Below, piece after piece: positions 60,816 through 64,000 of a DNA stretch of 64,000 bases. The stretch lies in IMG/VR virus record IMGVR_UViG_3300021426_000005; one strand, written 5' to 3'. Source of the DNA: a virus (Duplodnaviria; Caudoviricetes). Under the pieces are notes generated by a model. It did no database searches and had not been told where the DNA came from. It worked only from the letters and a program-made list of their open reading frames with translations. The translations under genes were made by a program, and so were the position numbers. Numbering within the stretch: position 1 is the stretch's first letter; each line of letters starts with the position of its first letter.

Positions 60816-61031
60816 TCACTCAATTATTGCATTTGAAATGCTATTGTTAATGTTTACAAGATTCTGACTAAGCTCCAAAGCTATTGATAATGCCTCTTTG
60901 CCTTTATCAGTGCTGGTCCGTCCGAGCTTTTCAAGTCCTTCGATAATGTAATCGAAATCTGCTTCCAGATCCTTTATAGCATTGTCTAAGGCTTCATTGC
61001 CCTCAGTAGCAGCTAATATCATTCGTTTCAT
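60816..61031 (-). CDS. small helical protein with MKRMILAA leader
   Basis: GGTGGTG RBS; first gene after AACCTTATATA at 61067. Confidence 0.65.
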   Translation of the reverse strand: MKRMILAATEGNEALDNAIKDLEADFDYIIEGLEKLGRTSTDKGKEALSIALELSQNLVNINNSISNAIIE

Positions 61032-61236
61032 TTTATCACCACCGAACAATATATAATCATTACTTTTATATAAGGTTATCACACTTATTCTTATATATAC
61101 TATAACGACACAGACCACATTTAATTAAAACAAAAATAGCGACCTGCTAAAATGCAAGTCGCTGTTGTATATATTGACGAATAAGGTTGTATTGCCCTAT
61201 AGGGGATTTTCTTACTGAAAAGGTAAAATGCACAAA

Positions 61237-63495
61237 TCACTTACTTCTTCCAAGTAGAAAATCAAACAGTTCAGGATTCTTTTTCAGATCCAGTTTACCG
61301 TCTACGATATAGTTTGAGATAGCGCGTTTATCTTCAAGTATCTGATATACACGTTCATCTACCGTGTCTTTGGAAAGTAAGGTGTATACCTTTAGTGGTT
61401 CTGTACTGCCTATACGATTTGCTCTGTCTTCTGCTTGTGTCTTATCAGCTGGTGTCCAGCAATCATCGTAAAAGATCACGTTGGTAGCAGCTGTAAGCGT
61501 AAGAGAAACACCCATAGCACCGATAGTACCAAGCATTATCTTGTACTCAGGGTTGTTCTGAAAGACCCTTTTATGTTTCTCTCTATCTGCTTCATTCATA
61601 GAGCCGGTATAGCAACAAGTCTTATACTTCTTCGATAAGAACTTGTATATAGTCCTTAGTGGATCTATCCAGTTTGAGAAGATAATGACCTTTTCATTTC
61701 TTTCGACCACATCATCTACTAGCTCAATGAGCCGTTTCAGCTTTGCATTGCAGGCTATATACTTGTCATCGACGACTATAGTATCATCTACCAGCTCTGG
61801 ACTTCCGTTGACCTGACGTAATCTGAGCATTGCCGTAAGCGGATTCAGTGTGCTGAGAATTTCTTCTCGCTGCTGATAGAGTTCTTCTACTATGGCTTCA
61901 TACAGCGCTTGCTGCCGGGGAGTATTTTCAACGTATTCGGTATAATATATCTTCGGAGGGAGATCAAGAACTTCTGACTTCATTCGGCGGATCATATTGC
62001 CTTGGAGCATATCTTTCAGAATAGGTATATTCTTGTAGCCCATTATTTCATGATCACCGTATCCGCCAAATATGCAGAACTCCCTTGACCACATATAATA
62101 GCTTTTGAAAGCATGACCATCTACCAGCTTCAATGGTGTGAATACATCAGTAGGCTTGTTTTTGATAGGCGTACCAGTCATGGGGATCCACTGTACAGCT
62201 TTCTCAGTTCGCTTCTTGATATCCAGTATGACCTTACCCTGAGTAGATTGTGGAGACATATTTTTGTGACATTCATCTATAGCTATCATCTGCAATTTAC
62301 CTTCGTTTATCATCTTAATGATAGCTTCCTCAAGGGTGAATATCTTTCCGACCTTAGTTCTACCAAGGGCTTCTATGTTGGTTATAAGGAAGTATGGAAG
62401 CTCAGGGGCATCTTCTTTGCCATACATATGACCGGATACAAGATCCTCTACCTTATCAGGACCTGTGGTATTGAACCTCAAGCTGCCATTGCGTTTCTTT
62501 CTTGTACCAAGAATATAGCCAATCTCCTGACCATTGGTGTGCTTTGCTATGTCTTCCTGCCAGGAATACTTAGCTGAGTTCACACAAGTAATTATGAGAC
62601 AGTGCTTGTAGTTGTAGATCTTACGCTGATACATGGCGTAGTTGAGGACTTCTAAGGTCTTACCGCAGTTGTGGACCAGAATACCATTTACAAAGAAGTT
62701 CCGGTACGGATCAGCCATAACTATATCGTATGTCAATTCACAGCACAAAGGTGTCTTACTAACTACATGAGACCATGTAGGTATCATATATTCATCAACA
62801 GTAAAGACTTCCGAATCGGTAACTAAATCAGCTAGTTCTACATAGCCATTTCTGGTAAAGAATTGATGGTCTTCCGTAGCTTTTACTTTGTACCCGTTTT
62901 CAAGTTCCAGTTCGTATACAAGTTTGTATCCACTACACTTCATGTCACGGATTCGATTTTGCTTAGTTACATTATTCACTTCATCATAGGAAGAAGTTGT
63001 AAACGTATATTGCGGATTCGACTTAAATAGCCTATATAGGGTTTCCAATGGTCTAATAATACGGTGATCATTGACGTAGAAGGTGATTGAAGCATCACCA
63101 GCTATGCAGCCCATATCATCGGCCAGTATGAAGCCATTTCTGCCCTTGCTCTTAGCGTACTTCAAGAAAGCAAGCTGGTGATCATACAGCTTGTAACCTT
63201 CTTTAACATAATGATCCACATCAGATATATCTGCATCCGGTATCAGGTTTATATCGGTAGAATCTATAGAAGCATTCTCATTTATAGCTTCTTCCGACTG
63301 GATCTGTAATGTACCTTCGTAAGCAGTACCTTTGATCTCGTTTAGAAGCCACCCAAGATGACCTTTTGGAATAGTCCAGTATTTGTTTTCTGGTACCCAT
63401 TTTCTGCCGGGTACATTTTTGACCATAGCTATGAGTTGGGGATCATATTTGAATTTCAGTATGTAGAGGTCATTTTCCTGAATAGCATAAAACAT
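61237..63495 (-). CDS. SNF2-family helicase containing a mini-intein
   Basis: LADDMG^CGKT Walker A, DECH, MTGTP, MIRR.K..VLDLP, G.SLTL, QAEDRANRIG. Confidence 0.92.
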   Translation of the reverse strand: MFYAIQENDLYILKFKYDPQLIAMVKNVPGRKWVPENKYWTIPKGHLGWLLNEIKGTAYEGTLQIQSEEAINENASIDSTDINLIPDADISDVDHYVKEGYKLYDHQLAFLKYAKSKGRNGFILADDMGCIAGDASITFYVNDHRIIRPLETLYRLFKSNPQYTFTTSSYDEVNNVTKQNRIRDMKCSGYKLVYELELENGYKVKATEDHQFFTRNGYVELADLVTDSEVFTVDEYMIPTWSHVVSKTPLCCELTYDIVMADPYRNFFVNGILVHNCGKTLEVLNYAMYQRKIYNYKHCLIITCVNSAKYSWQEDIAKHTNGQEIGYILGTRKKRNGSLRFNTTGPDKVEDLVSGHMYGKEDAPELPYFLITNIEALGRTKVGKIFTLEEAIIKMINEGKLQMIAIDECHKNMSPQSTQGKVILDIKKRTEKAVQWIPMTGTPIKNKPTDVFTPLKLVDGHAFKSYYMWSREFCIFGGYGDHEIMGYKNIPILKDMLQGNMIRRMKSEVLDLPPKIYYTEYVENTPRQQALYEAIVEELYQQREEILSTLNPLTAMLRLRQVNGSPELVDDTIVVDDKYIACNAKLKRLIELVDDVVERNEKVIIFSNWIDPLRTIYKFLSKKYKTCCYTGSMNEADREKHKRVFQNNPEYKIMLGTIGAMGVSLTLTAATNVIFYDDCWTPADKTQAEDRANRIGSTEPLKVYTLLSKDTVDERVYQILEDKRAISNYIVDGKLDLKKNPELFDFLLGRSK
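62668..63108 (-). mobile_element. mini-intein (147 aa, no homing endonuclease)
   Basis: Starts CIAGDA, block B ATEDHQF, ends YDI...NFFVNGILVHN followed by Cys +1. Confidence 0.9.
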
Positions 63496-63861
63496 TTACT
63501 CACCACATTTCAATAATCTTTCAGCTCTGCGTAAGTAGACGTATTCAAATAGTCCGTCACACTTACTCCGTCCTTGAGGAGTACGACAGTCTTTAGCGCA
63601 CATAATGCAAGGATTTGCACAACCCCTAGCCTGAATAGTCTCGATAGCATCAGCAAGCGCCATACGAAGCTCCTTAACTAAGCTATAATGTTCGTTGAAA
63701 CCAGTCATGTAGCCACGCATAAATAGATTGTTGGCTTCAACAGAATCCATCGGTTTTGCAGCTTCCAGCTTTGGATACCCTTCATCATCAAGTATCTTCC
63801 GCAGAACGTCTTCCAGCTCACTGTAGTTGTCAGCTGCCATTTTGTTGATAAGATTTTCCAT
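63496..63861 (-). CDS. hypothetical Cys-rich protein
   Basis: ORF track; GGAGG RBS. Confidence 0.6.
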   Translation of the reverse strand: MENLINKMAADNYSELEDVLRKILDDEGYPKLEAAKPMDSVEANNLFMRGYMTGFNEHYSLVKELRMALADAIETIQARGCANPCIMCAKDCRTPQGRSKCDGLFEYVYLRRAERLLKCGE

Positions 63862-63870
63862 GATTTCCTC

Positions 63871-64000
63871 CTAGAATAGCTTATTTGTTTTAGCCTTAGC
63901 AGTGGCGGATTTGGTATCAGCCAGCTCCGCCACTTTAGTTACTGATGCAGATTTCCCATCGACCTTAAACTTATACCCCGCAGACACCATATCTTTTAGG
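63871..64000 (-). CDS. 3' end of a gene entering from beyond the window (...DTKSATAKAKTNKLF*)
   Basis: Manual translation; TAG at 63871-63873. Confidence 0.65.
   Translation of the reverse strand, partial: LKDMVSAGYKFKVDGKSASVTKVAELADTKSATAKAKTNKLF

Noticed and set aside
47055-61031. MKRYIK leaders as Sec signal peptides or a mere translation-initiation bias
   Set aside because: No hydrophobic h-region follows; codons vary while the peptide is kept (AGA/CGA/CGG/CGT, TAT/TAC); and the motif recurs internally between domains.
1-64000. Stop-codon reassignment (alternative genetic code)
   Set aside because: Conserved genes are full length in code 11, TAA, TAG and TGA all end genes, and no convincing suppressor tRNA is present.

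Overview
A 64-kb segment of a large, AT-rich, standard-code bacteriophage (or prophage), probably infecting Firmicutes/Clostridia (GGAGG RBSs, sigmaA-type promoters, YopX, SleB-like hydrolase, large serine recombinase). Almost all genes are on the minus strand. In order: a repressor/sigma-factor switch with three sigma-like genes (3.3-6.8 kb); a virion/tail-fibre operon (6.8-15.8 kb); small early-type genes incl. thyX and two YopX (15.9-24.4 kb); a serine recombinase; a DNA-methyltransferase/anti-defence block (26-39 kb); a tRNA cluster with 8 canonical tRNAs, several tRNA-mimic RNAs and a solitary type I-C CRISPR repeat (37-40.3 kb); recombination genes (Rad50/SbcC-like, UvrD, RecU-like, intein-containing SNF2); and an array of unrelated, mostly acidic proteins (47-61 kb). 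Main candidate new system: about 20 unrelated proteins share a basic N-terminal leader (MKRYIK[AS] / basic-[VI]-x-[AS]-[AS]), and the same motif recurs as linkers between domains of polyprotein-like ORFs, one of which ends in a T7 Ocr-like domain. Most sit behind the AACCTTATATA motif that also heads the virion operon. This suggests a capsid-targeting and proteolytic-maturation code for virion-delivered anti-defence cargo. Other highlights: a shared terminal (N/H/R)-(K/T/R)-L-F tag on unrelated methyltransferases (candidate clamp/replisome docking motif), and a CRISPR repeat enclosed in a CCA-ended tRNA-like stem. All family assignments come from reading motifs by eye; no searches were run.
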